NCBI GenBank assembly: GCA_963677925.2
Contig: CAXXYH010000004.1
Span: forward strand, 224,001-288,000
DNA length: 64,000 bases
From: Spirochaetia bacterium
GTDB lineage: Bacteria; Spirochaetota; Spirochaetia; UBA9216
Direction: 5' to 3'
Under the pieces are notes generated by a model. That model was given only the letters and a program-made list of their open reading frames with translations. It was not told where the DNA came from and did no database searches. Position numbers and translations under genes: made by a program. Shown one piece after another: positions 48,089-57,251 of the stretch (position 1 is the first letter of the stretch; each line of letters starts with the position of its first letter).

Positions 48089-48113
48089 ATCCTAACAGGG
48101 GCTTTTTTAATTT

Positions 48114-49436
48114 ATGGAATATACATTATCTAAACATAATATTATCGGGAAACTTGCGGACTCTGAAAACTGGTACATAGTAAATCCTTTAAGCAGAAAC
48201 GCCGACATAATTACTTCAGAAACTGCGGATACTTTGACCAATGGATCCTACACCAATGCAGATGAACTTCTGGAAAAGGGATATATCGTTGACGCGGCAG
48301 CAGAAGATAAGACATTCAAGGCTGAATACCTGAGTTTTATCGACAACCGTGAAACTGATGAAATTCAGATTTTTTATGTGCCGACCTACGCGTGCAATTT
48401 TGCATGTTCATACTGCTATCAGGAAGGTTATTCCCATGATAAGAATGAAAAGCCGCTGGAAGTAATCGACGCATTTTTCAGCTACATCGATAAGGAATTC
48501 GCCGGACGTAGAAAGTACATAACTGTTTTCGGCGGCGAACCGATGCTGCCGGACCCGCTGACCCGGGAAAAAATCGGTCATATAATCAAGAATGCCAATG
48601 ACAGAAATCTGTCTCTTGCATTTGTAACCAACGGCTATACGCTTGAATCCTACGTTCCAATGCTGCAGATGGCAAGCATACGGGAAGTACAGGTTACCCT
48701 TGACGGACCGGCTGAAGTGCATGATAAGCGCAGAATGCTAAGAGGCGGTAAGGGCACTTTCAGTGAAATTGCCGACGGAATAAATGCAGCGCTTAGAGCA
48801 GACATTCCTATAAACCTGAGGGCGGTAATAGACAGGGATAATCTTCCATCACTGCCGGCACTTGCAGAGTTTGCAGTATCACAGGGCTGGACTAATAACA
48901 AACTTTTTAAAACACAGCTTGGCCGAAATTATGAACTGCACTACTGCCAGGCTGATGAGAACAGGCTTTACGACAGACTGACGATGTATGCAGATCTGTA
49001 TGAGCTTATAAAGAAAAATCCGGTGATAATGCAGTTTCACCGTCCGGCATATTCGATTTCAAGATTTCTGTTTGACAACGGAGAGATGCCTGAACCGCTG
49101 TTTGACTCATGTCCGGGCTGTAAAACCGAGTGGGCCTTTGACTACACCGGTAACATTTATTCCTGCACAGCCACAGTAGGAAAGAGCGGTGAAGAACTTG
49201 GAACTTTTTATCCTTCAGTTACAAGGAAGGAAGAAATAATTGAAGAATGGCAGGAGCGCGATGTTACAGCAATAAGTGAATGCGCCGACTGTTCACTCAA
49301 GCTGGCATGCGGCGGAGGCTGTGCTTCCGTAGCAAAGAACAAATCCGGCAGGATTTGCTCCCCGGACTGCCGACCGGTAGACGGACTTTTATCATACGGA
49401 CTTTCACTTTACTTCGGAGAGGAAGCGGAAGCCTAA
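48114..49436 (+). CDS. Radical SAM/SPASM-domain protein, putative peptide maturase
   Basis: CNFACSYC, FGGEP, TNG, TLDG. The C-terminal SPASM region has 9 Cys including Cx2Cx5Cx3C. An ~85-aa N-terminal extension resembles an RRE. Confidence 0.92.
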   Translation: MEYTLSKHNIIGKLADSENWYIVNPLSRNADIITSETADTLTNGSYTNADELLEKGYIVDAAAEDKTFKAEYLSFIDNRETDEIQIFYVPTYACNFACSYCYQEGYSHDKNEKPLEVIDAFFSYIDKEFAGRRKYITVFGGEPMLPDPLTREKIGHIIKNANDRNLSLAFVTNGYTLESYVPMLQMASIREVQVTLDGPAEVHDKRRMLRGGKGTFSEIADGINAALRADIPINLRAVIDRDNLPSLPALAEFAVSQGWTNNKLFKTQLGRNYELHYCQADENRLYDRLTMYADLYELIKKNPVIMQFHRPAYSISRFLFDNGEMPEPLFDSCPGCKTEWAFDYTGNIYSCTATVGKSGEELGTFYPSVTRKEEIIEEWQERDVTAISECADCSLKLACGGGCASVAKNKSGRICSPDCRPVDGLLSYGLSLYFGEEAEA

Positions 49437-49472
49437 ATTTGAAAATAATTAACCACACTAAAGGAGTTGGAT

Positions 49473-50756
49473 ATGGCAGGAAAAATTAAAGAGATTCAGC
49501 AGGCGGATTTTGAGAATGAAGTACTTAAGGCAGATAAGGTAGTTGTTGATTTCTACTCAACCGAGTGTCCGCCCTGCGAGGCGCTTGCAGCAAAGTATGA
49601 AAGCCTCAGCATGATATACGGGGATGATATAAAATTCATCAAGATATTCCGTCAGGGAAACAGGGAGCTGGCACAGGAACTTGATATCAGCGGTTCACCT
49701 ACAGTTATATTCTATAATAACGGAGAGAGAACCGGAGCAACACTTACTGGCGGGATAAAAAGATCTGAGCTTATGGAAAACCTTGATGCTCTTCTTTCCG
49801 CAGAAAAAGTGGAAGAAATTCATTCAAAGATTACTCCCGTGGTTACCAACGCTGATGTTGTAATCCTCGGCGGCGGTCCTGCAGGTCTTACCGCTGGAGT
49901 ATATCTGGCTCAGGCTCATCTTAAAACGATACTCGTTGATACCGCACTTCCCGGAGGATACGTAGCAACTACACACCAGGTATCCAACTACCCCGGTTTC
50001 ATTGAACCGCAGCAGGGATTCATGCTCAGCCATTATATGAGCGAACAGGCAAAGGCAAACGGTGTTGAGTTCAGAAGTGCTGTTGAAGTAACAAAGGTCG
50101 ATCTTGCAAACAAGAGTATTCTTGTTGACGGATTTGAAACAATAGAAGCCAAAAAAGTTGTAATATCTACAGGCTCAAGACCAAGACCACTGGGAATCCC
50201 GGGCGAGAAGGAATACGCAGGTCAGGGAATCAGCTACTGTGCAACATGTGACGGAAAATACTTCGAAGGCAAAGAGATTGTCGTTATCGGCGGCGGAAAC
50301 TCAGCGATTGAGGAATCGCTCTTCCTCTCAAAATTCGCAAGTAAAATAACCATTGTTCACCAGTTCGATACTCTGCAGGCTAACAAGGAAGCTCAGCAGA
50401 AGATCTTTGATGACCCTAAGGTAAACATCATGTTTGAACATGAGCCGAGAGAGTTCAAGAAATACGGCAACATGGACATGGCTGTAGTAGTTGAGGATCT
50501 TAAAACCGGTGAAAAGAAAGAGGTCAAGACCAACGGTATATTCGTATTCGTAGGTTTTATACCAAATCTTGAAAGCTTCCATGACAAACTTGAGACAGAT
50601 CAGTGGGGATACCTGAAGACCAACGAAAACATGGAAACCAACATTCCCGGCGTTTTTGCAGTAGGCGATGTTAAAACAAAGGCATACCGCCAGATTACAA
50701 CAGCTGTTTCTGACGGAACAATTGCCGCAATTACAATATCAAAAGAACTTTCCTGA
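49473..50756 (+). CDS. trxB: Thioredoxin / thioredoxin reductase fusion
   Basis: N-terminal Trx fold with CPPC, then GGGPAG, NYPG, CATCDG, GGGNSA, HQFD and AVGDV. ATG 49473 follows AAGGAG. Confidence 0.88.
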   Translation: MAGKIKEIQQADFENEVLKADKVVVDFYSTECPPCEALAAKYESLSMIYGDDIKFIKIFRQGNRELAQELDISGSPTVIFYNNGERTGATLTGGIKRSELMENLDALLSAEKVEEIHSKITPVVTNADVVILGGGPAGLTAGVYLAQAHLKTILVDTALPGGYVATTHQVSNYPGFIEPQQGFMLSHYMSEQAKANGVEFRSAVEVTKVDLANKSILVDGFETIEAKKVVISTGSRPRPLGIPGEKEYAGQGISYCATCDGKYFEGKEIVVIGGGNSAIEESLFLSKFASKITIVHQFDTLQANKEAQQKIFDDPKVNIMFEHEPREFKKYGNMDMAVVVEDLKTGEKKEVKTNGIFVFVGFIPNLESFHDKLETDQWGYLKTNENMETNIPGVFAVGDVKTKAYRQITTAVSDGTIAAITISKELS

Positions 50757-50758
50757 TT

Positions 50759-51787
50759 TTAATAGTTTAAATTAGAGAGAAGGTTCCATCCATCATTGAT
50801 AAACTGATCGGTTGTCCGGTTGGCAGAACCAAAGGTGATGAAATCTTCTCTCTTCATTCCATCGGGCTCGTAGGCCTTCCTGAACTCAGATATGGTCATA
50901 AGCCGGTCAATAACAGCCGGGTCCACAGGTTCATCAATCATTTCATTGAAGTCAGAAACTTCAACCAGAAGATCTGCAATTTTCGGAGAGATAGACATTA
51001 TCATCTCGGCCCCTGCAAGATCTATAATTTGATGTGCCCCGCGGCAGCCTGCAGGCATCAGATATGTGTCATAGTCTTTTTCCCTGAAAATTTGATATGC
51101 CCTTTTTATACAGGCTGTTCCCGCTTTTATAATATCTGATTCAGAAACAGAAGCTTTTCGATCCTGGGCTACATCACGCAGATAATCGTCCAGTCGTCCT
51201 ACCATCATTACAGCGATAGCCAAACCGGGTTTAATTCCGGCAGCCTCTGCTCTTTTTTTTCCTCTGACCCGGGCCTCTGCCACAGCAAGAACCTGAGGTA
51301 CAGTAAAACTTACAGTCGCAGCTACATTCAGACCGGCTGCAGCACACTCCTCATAAGCCTCTATTCCTGCATTGGTAGCAGGCAGTTTAATAACAATATT
51401 TTCCGCCAGCATTGAAAATCTTTTTGCCTGGTCAGTCATATAGAAGGCATCACCGGTTTTCAGCGGATTGGTTTGAATACACACATAACCTTTTCCCGGA
51501 ATCCCCTGCTTATATACAGGCATAACTTCCGCTGCGTAGAAGCCTGCAACCATACGGCAAAGAGCCTCTACTTTTTCATCACCCTTTAATCCTTTGGGCA
51601 GACCAGCCAGTTTATCCTCCCAGAAATCCCGATTATTGCAGAGTGTAGCACCAATCAGAAACGGGTTGGTTGTCATTCCGCAGGCACCGTTGATGAAGGC
51701 GGACTCCTGCTCGAATTTTACAGCGGAATCATGCCAGTAGATTGATGCGGTTGAACTGCTGAGCCATGAAAGGTATTTATTATGCAT
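50759..51787 (-). CDS. Transaldolase-family protein (divergent)
   Basis: TTNP, IKLPAT (Schiff-base Lys), NVAATVSFT and GRLDD motifs. Confidence 0.82.
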   Translation of the reverse strand: MHNKYLSWLSSSTASIYWHDSAVKFEQESAFINGACGMTTNPFLIGATLCNNRDFWEDKLAGLPKGLKGDEKVEALCRMVAGFYAAEVMPVYKQGIPGKGYVCIQTNPLKTGDAFYMTDQAKRFSMLAENIVIKLPATNAGIEAYEECAAAGLNVAATVSFTVPQVLAVAEARVRGKKRAEAAGIKPGLAIAVMMVGRLDDYLRDVAQDRKASVSESDIIKAGTACIKRAYQIFREKDYDTYLMPAGCRGAHQIIDLAGAEMIMSISPKIADLLVEVSDFNEMIDEPVDPAVIDRLMTISEFRKAYEPDGMKREDFITFGSANRTTDQFINDGWNLLSNLNY

Positions 51788-51844
51788 TTTGAGTGTCTCC
51801 TATTAATAATTATCATCACTTGAAAAGGTCGATCACCGAATCAG

Positions 51845-52630
51845 TTACAAACTCGCCTGCCAGCCACCATCAATATAAATGGATTGCCCTGAGAGATAGT
51901 TTGATGCTTCGGAAGCAAGAAATACTGCACAGCCTATCAGATCTTCTGTTCGCCCCCATCGCTGAAGAGGAACCTCACTTTTAACCCAGGAATCAAATTC
52001 AGGGTCTTCGGATAATGCGGATGTCATTTCTGTAAGGATATAGCCCGGTCCTATGGCATTGACGTTGATGTTGTATTTTCCCCATTCTGAGGCCATTGAT
52101 TTAGTCAGCATCTTAAGACCGCCCTTCGCGGTGCAGTATGCGCCAATGTCAGGCCGGGCCATTTCTGCGTTAATTGATGAAATATTGATAATTTTACCGT
52201 ATTTACGTGACTTCATACTTTTAACTACAGCTTTCCCCATTATAAAGGCACTAGTCAGGTTAATATCCAGAACCTTCTTCCAGTCCTCTGTTGAAAGCTC
52301 TTCAAGTGCGGTCCGCTTCTGAATGCCCGCATTATTCAATAGAATATCCACGGGTCCTGCATCTTCTTCTATCTGTGAAATATTAGCTATAACCTGCTTT
52401 TCATCGGAAATATCAAAACAGTATCCGCAGGCATCGTAACCTTCTGCTTTTAACCGATTAACAGATTCTGAAAGAAGTTCTTCCCTGATATCATTAAGAA
52501 CAACTTTTGCACCCTGTTTCAAAAATCCTTCTGCAAAACTGTTGCCTATTCCCCGCGCCGCGCCTGTTATTAAAACTACTTTCCCTTTTATATCGAATAA
52601 ATTATTTTCCATTATTCTACCGATCGACAT
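51845..52630 (-). CDS. Gluconate 5-dehydrogenase-like SDR
   Basis: TGAARGIG, NNAGIQKR, YCTAKGG, NAIGPGY and IDGGW motifs. Confidence 0.85.
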   Translation of the reverse strand: MSIGRIMENNLFDIKGKVVLITGAARGIGNSFAEGFLKQGAKVVLNDIREELLSESVNRLKAEGYDACGYCFDISDEKQVIANISQIEEDAGPVDILLNNAGIQKRTALEELSTEDWKKVLDINLTSAFIMGKAVVKSMKSRKYGKIINISSINAEMARPDIGAYCTAKGGLKMLTKSMASEWGKYNINVNAIGPGYILTEMTSALSEDPEFDSWVKSEVPLQRWGRTEDLIGCAVFLASEASNYLSGQSIYIDGGWQASL

Positions 52631-52641
52631 GTATTATGTAT

Positions 52642-52654
52642 CTTGTATTACAAG
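52642..52654. promoter_or_regulatory. Palindrome CTTGTATTACAAG, candidate GntR/FadR operator
   Basis: TTGT-N3-ACAA core just upstream of the SDR gene and next to a FadR-type regulator. Confidence 0.5.
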
Positions 52655-52734
52655 TATTATAATTACGATGTTATATAATCCCTCTTTTGTCAAGGCGGCT
52701 GATATATTCTTCCGTGAAAAATTAACAGTGATGT

Positions 52735-53445
52735 TTAGTTCTGATTTCCTGAATTATAGAATTCACGCATTCTTTCTATGGTTCTTTCAACGTGCTCATG
52801 CATAAGATCTTTAGCCCGGACTGCATTACGTTCCTTGATAGCATTTATAATATCTTTATGATATTTAATACCGTCTTTACTACCAAGAATCTTAGTAAGC
52901 TCGAACCAGGTTGTATGAAATATTTCAAACAGCATTTTATACATATTACAGATGATATTATTAGAGAGTATCTCTATCATATGCAGATGAAACTTTTCAT
53001 CAATGCTGGAAAAAATCCGGATATCATTAGTATGCTCAATCATGTCATTATAGAGTTCTTCAAGTTTTTTTATATCATCTTCTTTAGCTTTTTCGACTAC
53101 CAAAGGCATTATATTGGGTTCGATTATCAGTCTGTATTCAAGAACATCCATTACATCACAATTATCCAGAACAACAAAAGGCATAAGCAGATTAAGCTGT
53201 GCTGATAAGTCATAACTTTTTACAAAACTTCCTTCACCCCGTTTGATTTCAATAAACCCCTGGGCGGCCAGAGACTGGAGTGCGGCTCGAACAGAGACCC
53301 TGCTCACCCCCATCTGTTCACACAATTGAGATTCTGACGGCAATCTATCACCGGGAGCCCATTTTCCGAGTATTATCATGCTTCGGCATTGTTCATAAAC
53401 TTGATTTTTTATCTGCGAAGTCTCAATTTTTCCTAAACCTGTCAT
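52735..53445 (-). CDS. GntR/FadR-family transcriptional regulator
   Basis: PGDRLPSE...GVSRVSVRAAL...GEGSFV HTH and an FCD domain. Confidence 0.92.
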   Translation of the reverse strand: MTGLGKIETSQIKNQVYEQCRSMIILGKWAPGDRLPSESQLCEQMGVSRVSVRAALQSLAAQGFIEIKRGEGSFVKSYDLSAQLNLLMPFVVLDNCDVMDVLEYRLIIEPNIMPLVVEKAKEDDIKKLEELYNDMIEHTNDIRIFSSIDEKFHLHMIEILSNNIICNMYKMLFEIFHTTWFELTKILGSKDGIKYHKDIINAIKERNAVRAKDLMHEHVERTIERMREFYNSGNQN

Positions 53446-53540
53446 ATGTATCTTATATTATAAGGACACATAACAGCTGTCAATTATTCAGATGTTATAG
53501 AACCATAGGTGCAGTATCTTATTCTAAAACATCGCTTGAA

Positions 53541-54719
53541 TCAAAAAACTTTTTTCTTCCGGGAACTGATTATATAGGCAATAAATATTAAAAAGGCAAT
53601 CAGGCCGGAGCCTTTGAAAATGTTTTCAAGACCCAGAACATCCCCGATAACACCCCAGGACAGGGCCCCTATTCCTATACCGGCATCCATTGCCAGATAA
53701 TATGTCGCATTTGCACCGGCTCTTTCCTCTTTGGTAGTGTGGACTACCGCACTCACATTTAGAAGAAGATGACTAAGGCCGAAACCGGCTCCGAATATGA
53801 AAGCAAGAGGAATGAGGGCATAGATATCTCTAATAAAATTTATTGCTGTAACACAGAGGAAAACTACAAATAATCCAACACCTAATAATTTATACTTTGA
53901 AACCTTTTCTGAAATCTTTCCCGCAAACAATCTGGAAAATGCTACACCTAAGGCCCTTGAAGTGTAATAAAAACCAATGCCGGTGATTCCCACAAATCTT
54001 GCGTAGGGAATCAGAAAAGTTGAGATTGAGGAGCTGACGAAAGAAAGAACCCCGACAAACAGCGAAGCATAAGCAGCCTTCTTTTCTATAAGACGACCGG
54101 GAAGGTCTTTAATCTCTTCAGGAGGGGCTCCATGAATCATGTTCTTTTCATATCTGATAAAAAAAGCAGCGATGACTGAAATAAATGCAACAATACCGGT
54201 TATTAAAAAACCGATGGAGAATCCTAAATTATCAGAAATAAAAAGTGCTGTTGCCGGGCCCAGAGCCTGTGCAAGCGTTGCTGTCAGACCGAAATACCCC
54301 AGGCCTTCAAGAAGACGGTTCTGAGGAACAATATCCGTAACCATAGTGGTGTTTGCTACTGACTGAAACGAAAAACCGAAACCGCAGAGTATCTGAAAGC
54401 AATAGAGAAGCGGAAGATTATGTACAAATCCGAATGGAACCGTTGTGACTGCAAAAAGAATAGTCCCCGCTGAAAAAACTGTTTTCCTACCATATTTATC
54501 GATTATCTTTCCGGAGAAGGGTCTCAGCACAAGAGCCGAAACTGTAAAAACAGTCATTGCCGAGCCGGCTATTGTTTTTGATGAATACAGATCAAGCAGA
54601 TACAGGGGCTGAAGGGTTGTCTTTATAAACATTGAGAACCTGAAAAGAAGCCCGACGATTGAAACAAGGATAAAATCCGGACTGAATAATTTTTCCTTTA
54701 CAGGCTCAGAGTTCAGCAT
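53541..54719 (-). CDS. MFS transporter
   Basis: About 12 hydrophobic segments and motif A (GKIIDKYGRK). Confidence 0.9.
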   Translation of the reverse strand: MLNSEPVKEKLFSPDFILVSIVGLLFRFSMFIKTTLQPLYLLDLYSSKTIAGSAMTVFTVSALVLRPFSGKIIDKYGRKTVFSAGTILFAVTTVPFGFVHNLPLLYCFQILCGFGFSFQSVANTTMVTDIVPQNRLLEGLGYFGLTATLAQALGPATALFISDNLGFSIGFLITGIVAFISVIAAFFIRYEKNMIHGAPPEEIKDLPGRLIEKKAAYASLFVGVLSFVSSSISTFLIPYARFVGITGIGFYYTSRALGVAFSRLFAGKISEKVSKYKLLGVGLFVVFLCVTAINFIRDIYALIPLAFIFGAGFGLSHLLLNVSAVVHTTKEERAGANATYYLAMDAGIGIGALSWGVIGDVLGLENIFKGSGLIAFLIFIAYIISSRKKKVF

Positions 54720-54736
54720 TGTATTTCAGTTGTCAA

Positions 54737-55621
54737 TTATCGTGTTACTTCAATATTTGCAATCTTCTCATAGAACTTAACTATACTTGCATGGTCCTGA
54801 ACTCCGCAGCCGTCCTGCTTGATTGCCTGCATTATTTCCATAGCCTGAGCAGCAAGAGGAAGAGGAACACCTACAGCTCTTGATGTTTCAAGTGCGTTTG
54901 CCATATCCTTGATGTGAAGATCAATTCTGAAACCGGGATCGAACTTTCTGTCCATCATCATCGGAGCCTTTGCATCCATTACAGTGCTGCCTGCAAGACC
55001 GCCGCGAATAGCCTGATAAACAAGATCGGGACTTACACCGGCCTTTTTGGCAAGGACCATTGCTTCTGATACTGCAGCGATGTTGAGAGCGACAACAACC
55101 TGGTTGCAAAGCTTTGTTGTATTTCCGGCACCGAGGTCTCCGACATATACAACAGAACTTCCCATTACAGCCATTATTTCCTGATACTTGTCGAAGATAA
55201 CCTTCTTTCCGCCTACCATAATGGCAATTGTTCCGTCAATAGCCTTGGGTTCACCTCCGCTTACAGGAGCATCTAGCATATCCATTCCTTTTTCAGCAAG
55301 TGCTGCGCCAATCTCCTGGCTTGCTCCCGGTGCTATGGAACTCATATCTATAAGAACCTTTCCAGGTGCTGCAGCTTCAATAAGTCCGCCGGCATCAAGA
55401 GCAACGGCCTTTACATGCGGTGAATTGGGAAGCATTGTAATTACAAGATCGGTTTTTGAAAGTACTTCGGCAGGTGTAGAGCAGGCTTCCGCACCCATTG
55501 AAACAAGTTCAGCTACTGCGGCTTCATTGATATCTCTAACAAGCAGTTTATGCCCTGCGTTAACAAGGTTTTTTGCCATTGGCTTTCCCATAATCCCAAG
55601 CCCTACAAATCCAATAGTCAT
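54737..55621 (-). CDS. garR: 2-hydroxy-3-oxopropionate (tartronate semialdehyde) reductase
   Basis: GLGIMGKPM, MLPNSPHV, DAPVSGGEPKAIDG, IRGGLAGS and FRIDLHIKD motifs. Confidence 0.92.
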   Translation of the reverse strand: MTIGFVGLGIMGKPMAKNLVNAGHKLLVRDINEAAVAELVSMGAEACSTPAEVLSKTDLVITMLPNSPHVKAVALDAGGLIEAAAPGKVLIDMSSIAPGASQEIGAALAEKGMDMLDAPVSGGEPKAIDGTIAIMVGGKKVIFDKYQEIMAVMGSSVVYVGDLGAGNTTKLCNQVVVALNIAAVSEAMVLAKKAGVSPDLVYQAIRGGLAGSTVMDAKAPMMMDRKFDPGFRIDLHIKDMANALETSRAVGVPLPLAAQAMEIMQAIKQDGCGVQDHASIVKFYEKIANIEVTR

Positions 55622-55644
55622 ATTAAACTCCTTAAAAAGATTTC

Positions 55645-55773
55645 TTATTTAAAACAGACTGACTTTTTAAGTCCCTGCTTAGCCTTTTCTTTTATTTAAT
55701 CTGAAACATCCATGACAGGATGAATAGGCTCTCCGGCATCGATACCCATAAGGTCCAGGCGGACCTTCATCAT
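55645..55773 (-). pseudogene. Probable 3' remnant of a DapA-family aldolase gene
   Basis: Translates MMKVRLDLMGIDAGEPIHPVMDVSD*IKEKAKQGLKKSVCFK*, with an internal TAA at 55698-55696. Ends 23 nt before garR. Confidence 0.5.
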
Positions 55774-55901
55774 TTCTCAGAGATTTTATAAGTTCCAAAT
55801 TTATCATAATCAGACTAACACCTGATCGGGATACAGGATATGTTTCGGTATTACAAATATTAAATAAATTTCTGTACTGAAGATACAGCGAAGTCAGCGG
55901 C

Positions 55902-57044
55902 TCAGCATTTCTCCAGAAAAAAGCCAAGTTCGGTGAGAAATTCCCGATCGGCACTGTTTGTAATGGGATCAATCTGAAGAAGGTCTTTCAGTTTGTTCAG
56001 CCTGAAAACAATCGTATTGCGGTGAACGCAGAGGTCCTGGCTGGTCTTCACAATATTATAGTTATTCTCACTCAGGGTTTTTATAGTTTCAACCATAATT
56101 TTACGTTCCTGAGTAAAAAAAAGATTCTGATAAATAGAAAAAGCTTCAAAATAGAGACGTGTAGTTACAGAGTTACGGATGTAATCCTGAATATGATCAT
56201 AAAAATAATTCAGCTGCTGTTTTTTCTTCACAAGCATGCTGTTCTTTAATGCGTGCTTGTAGGAGTCACGATAGTTGTCAATTTTTTCCTGAAGACTTCC
56301 AATAAAAAATACAAGCTCGTCTTCCTCAAAATCAGGCTGTGCAGAACTTATTACTGAATCAAGATATTCCTGTACGAGGGTTTTAAAATTCCGGAGAAGG
56401 TATTCTGTATTGCCGGATCTAAAAAGTTTGAGGATGATAATATCATCATTCCGGCCTACTACAGCAATCCGGTCATTATGAATTTCAGCGCCTCTTGTAA
56501 GGATAGGAAGAATCTTTGAATTGGGAATTTTAAATGACTTTCGCAGAAGAATTATAACTGCCGGAGTTTTTTCATCCAGGCTGAATTCCTTTGCAAGTCT
56601 GACGGCCTCATCAGAATTGTAGTCATCATCAAAAAGAAGATAATATAAAAACCGTTCAGTTTTTCCCCGGGACCTTAGATCCTGTGCGGCCTGTACTTCG
56701 TAGTCGAGCATTGTTTCAATTGATGTTTTCACGAAGCCGGCAAAACTCTGGACGTTTTCCGGATCACCGGTTACACAGATTACTCCGACCTTCTCACCCT
56801 TATGCTCTATGAACATATTAATTCCGGGCTTAGTGCCGATGTACTTATCCTTCCTGGTAACAACTCCGGTATCGATTGTCCCGTTGAGCATCTTACTGGC
56901 AACCTCATGAAAATCACCGATGCGGCTGGCATCCTTGCTTGCAATAATAATGCCGGCCTGGTCCATGATGTTGACATTGTAGGGAAGGTTTTTAACCGTA
57001 CGCTGAATAAATTTCTGTGCAAACTCCGGATTCAATGCAAACAA
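55902..57044 (-). CDS. cdaR: CdaR/SdaR sugar-diacid regulator
   Basis: YNVNIMD..GIIIAS...RIGDFHE, KPGIN, and a C-terminal HRNT..RL HTH. Confidence 0.88.
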   Translation of the reverse strand: MFALNPEFAQKFIQRTVKNLPYNVNIMDQAGIIIASKDASRIGDFHEVASKMLNGTIDTGVVTRKDKYIGTKPGINMFIEHKGEKVGVICVTGDPENVQSFAGFVKTSIETMLDYEVQAAQDLRSRGKTERFLYYLLFDDDYNSDEAVRLAKEFSLDEKTPAVIILLRKSFKIPNSKILPILTRGAEIHNDRIAVVGRNDDIIILKLFRSGNTEYLLRNFKTLVQEYLDSVISSAQPDFEEDELVFFIGSLQEKIDNYRDSYKHALKNSMLVKKKQQLNYFYDHIQDYIRNSVTTRLYFEAFSIYQNLFFTQERKIMVETIKTLSENNYNIVKTSQDLCVHRNTIVFRLNKLKDLLQIDPITNSADREFLTELGFFLEKC

Positions 57045-57251
57045 GACTCTTTCCCTTTTCTCGACAATATGATCTCAGACTATCATTGCTGTAGCATAGG
57101 GTCAATAAATTCAAACTTAAGATACTTTATCAGGAATTCTTACAACCGCCGAAGTTCTGGGTATCGATAGAAGAGCTTTGTGGAGAAAAAATCCGGAATC
57201 ATCAGATTGATTGCAGGTTACTTATAAATTAGAATAACTGCGGAGATACAT

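Noticed and set aside
47281-50756. Selenocysteine recoding in the redox operon
   Set aside because: All motif positions are ordinary Cys codons and no in-frame TGA interrupts these ORFs.
55679-55972. 97-aa minus-strand ORF with several Cys between cdaR and garR
   Set aside because: Overlaps the cdaR end out of frame with no Shine-Dalgarno. A different frame gives the more convincing DapA-like remnant.
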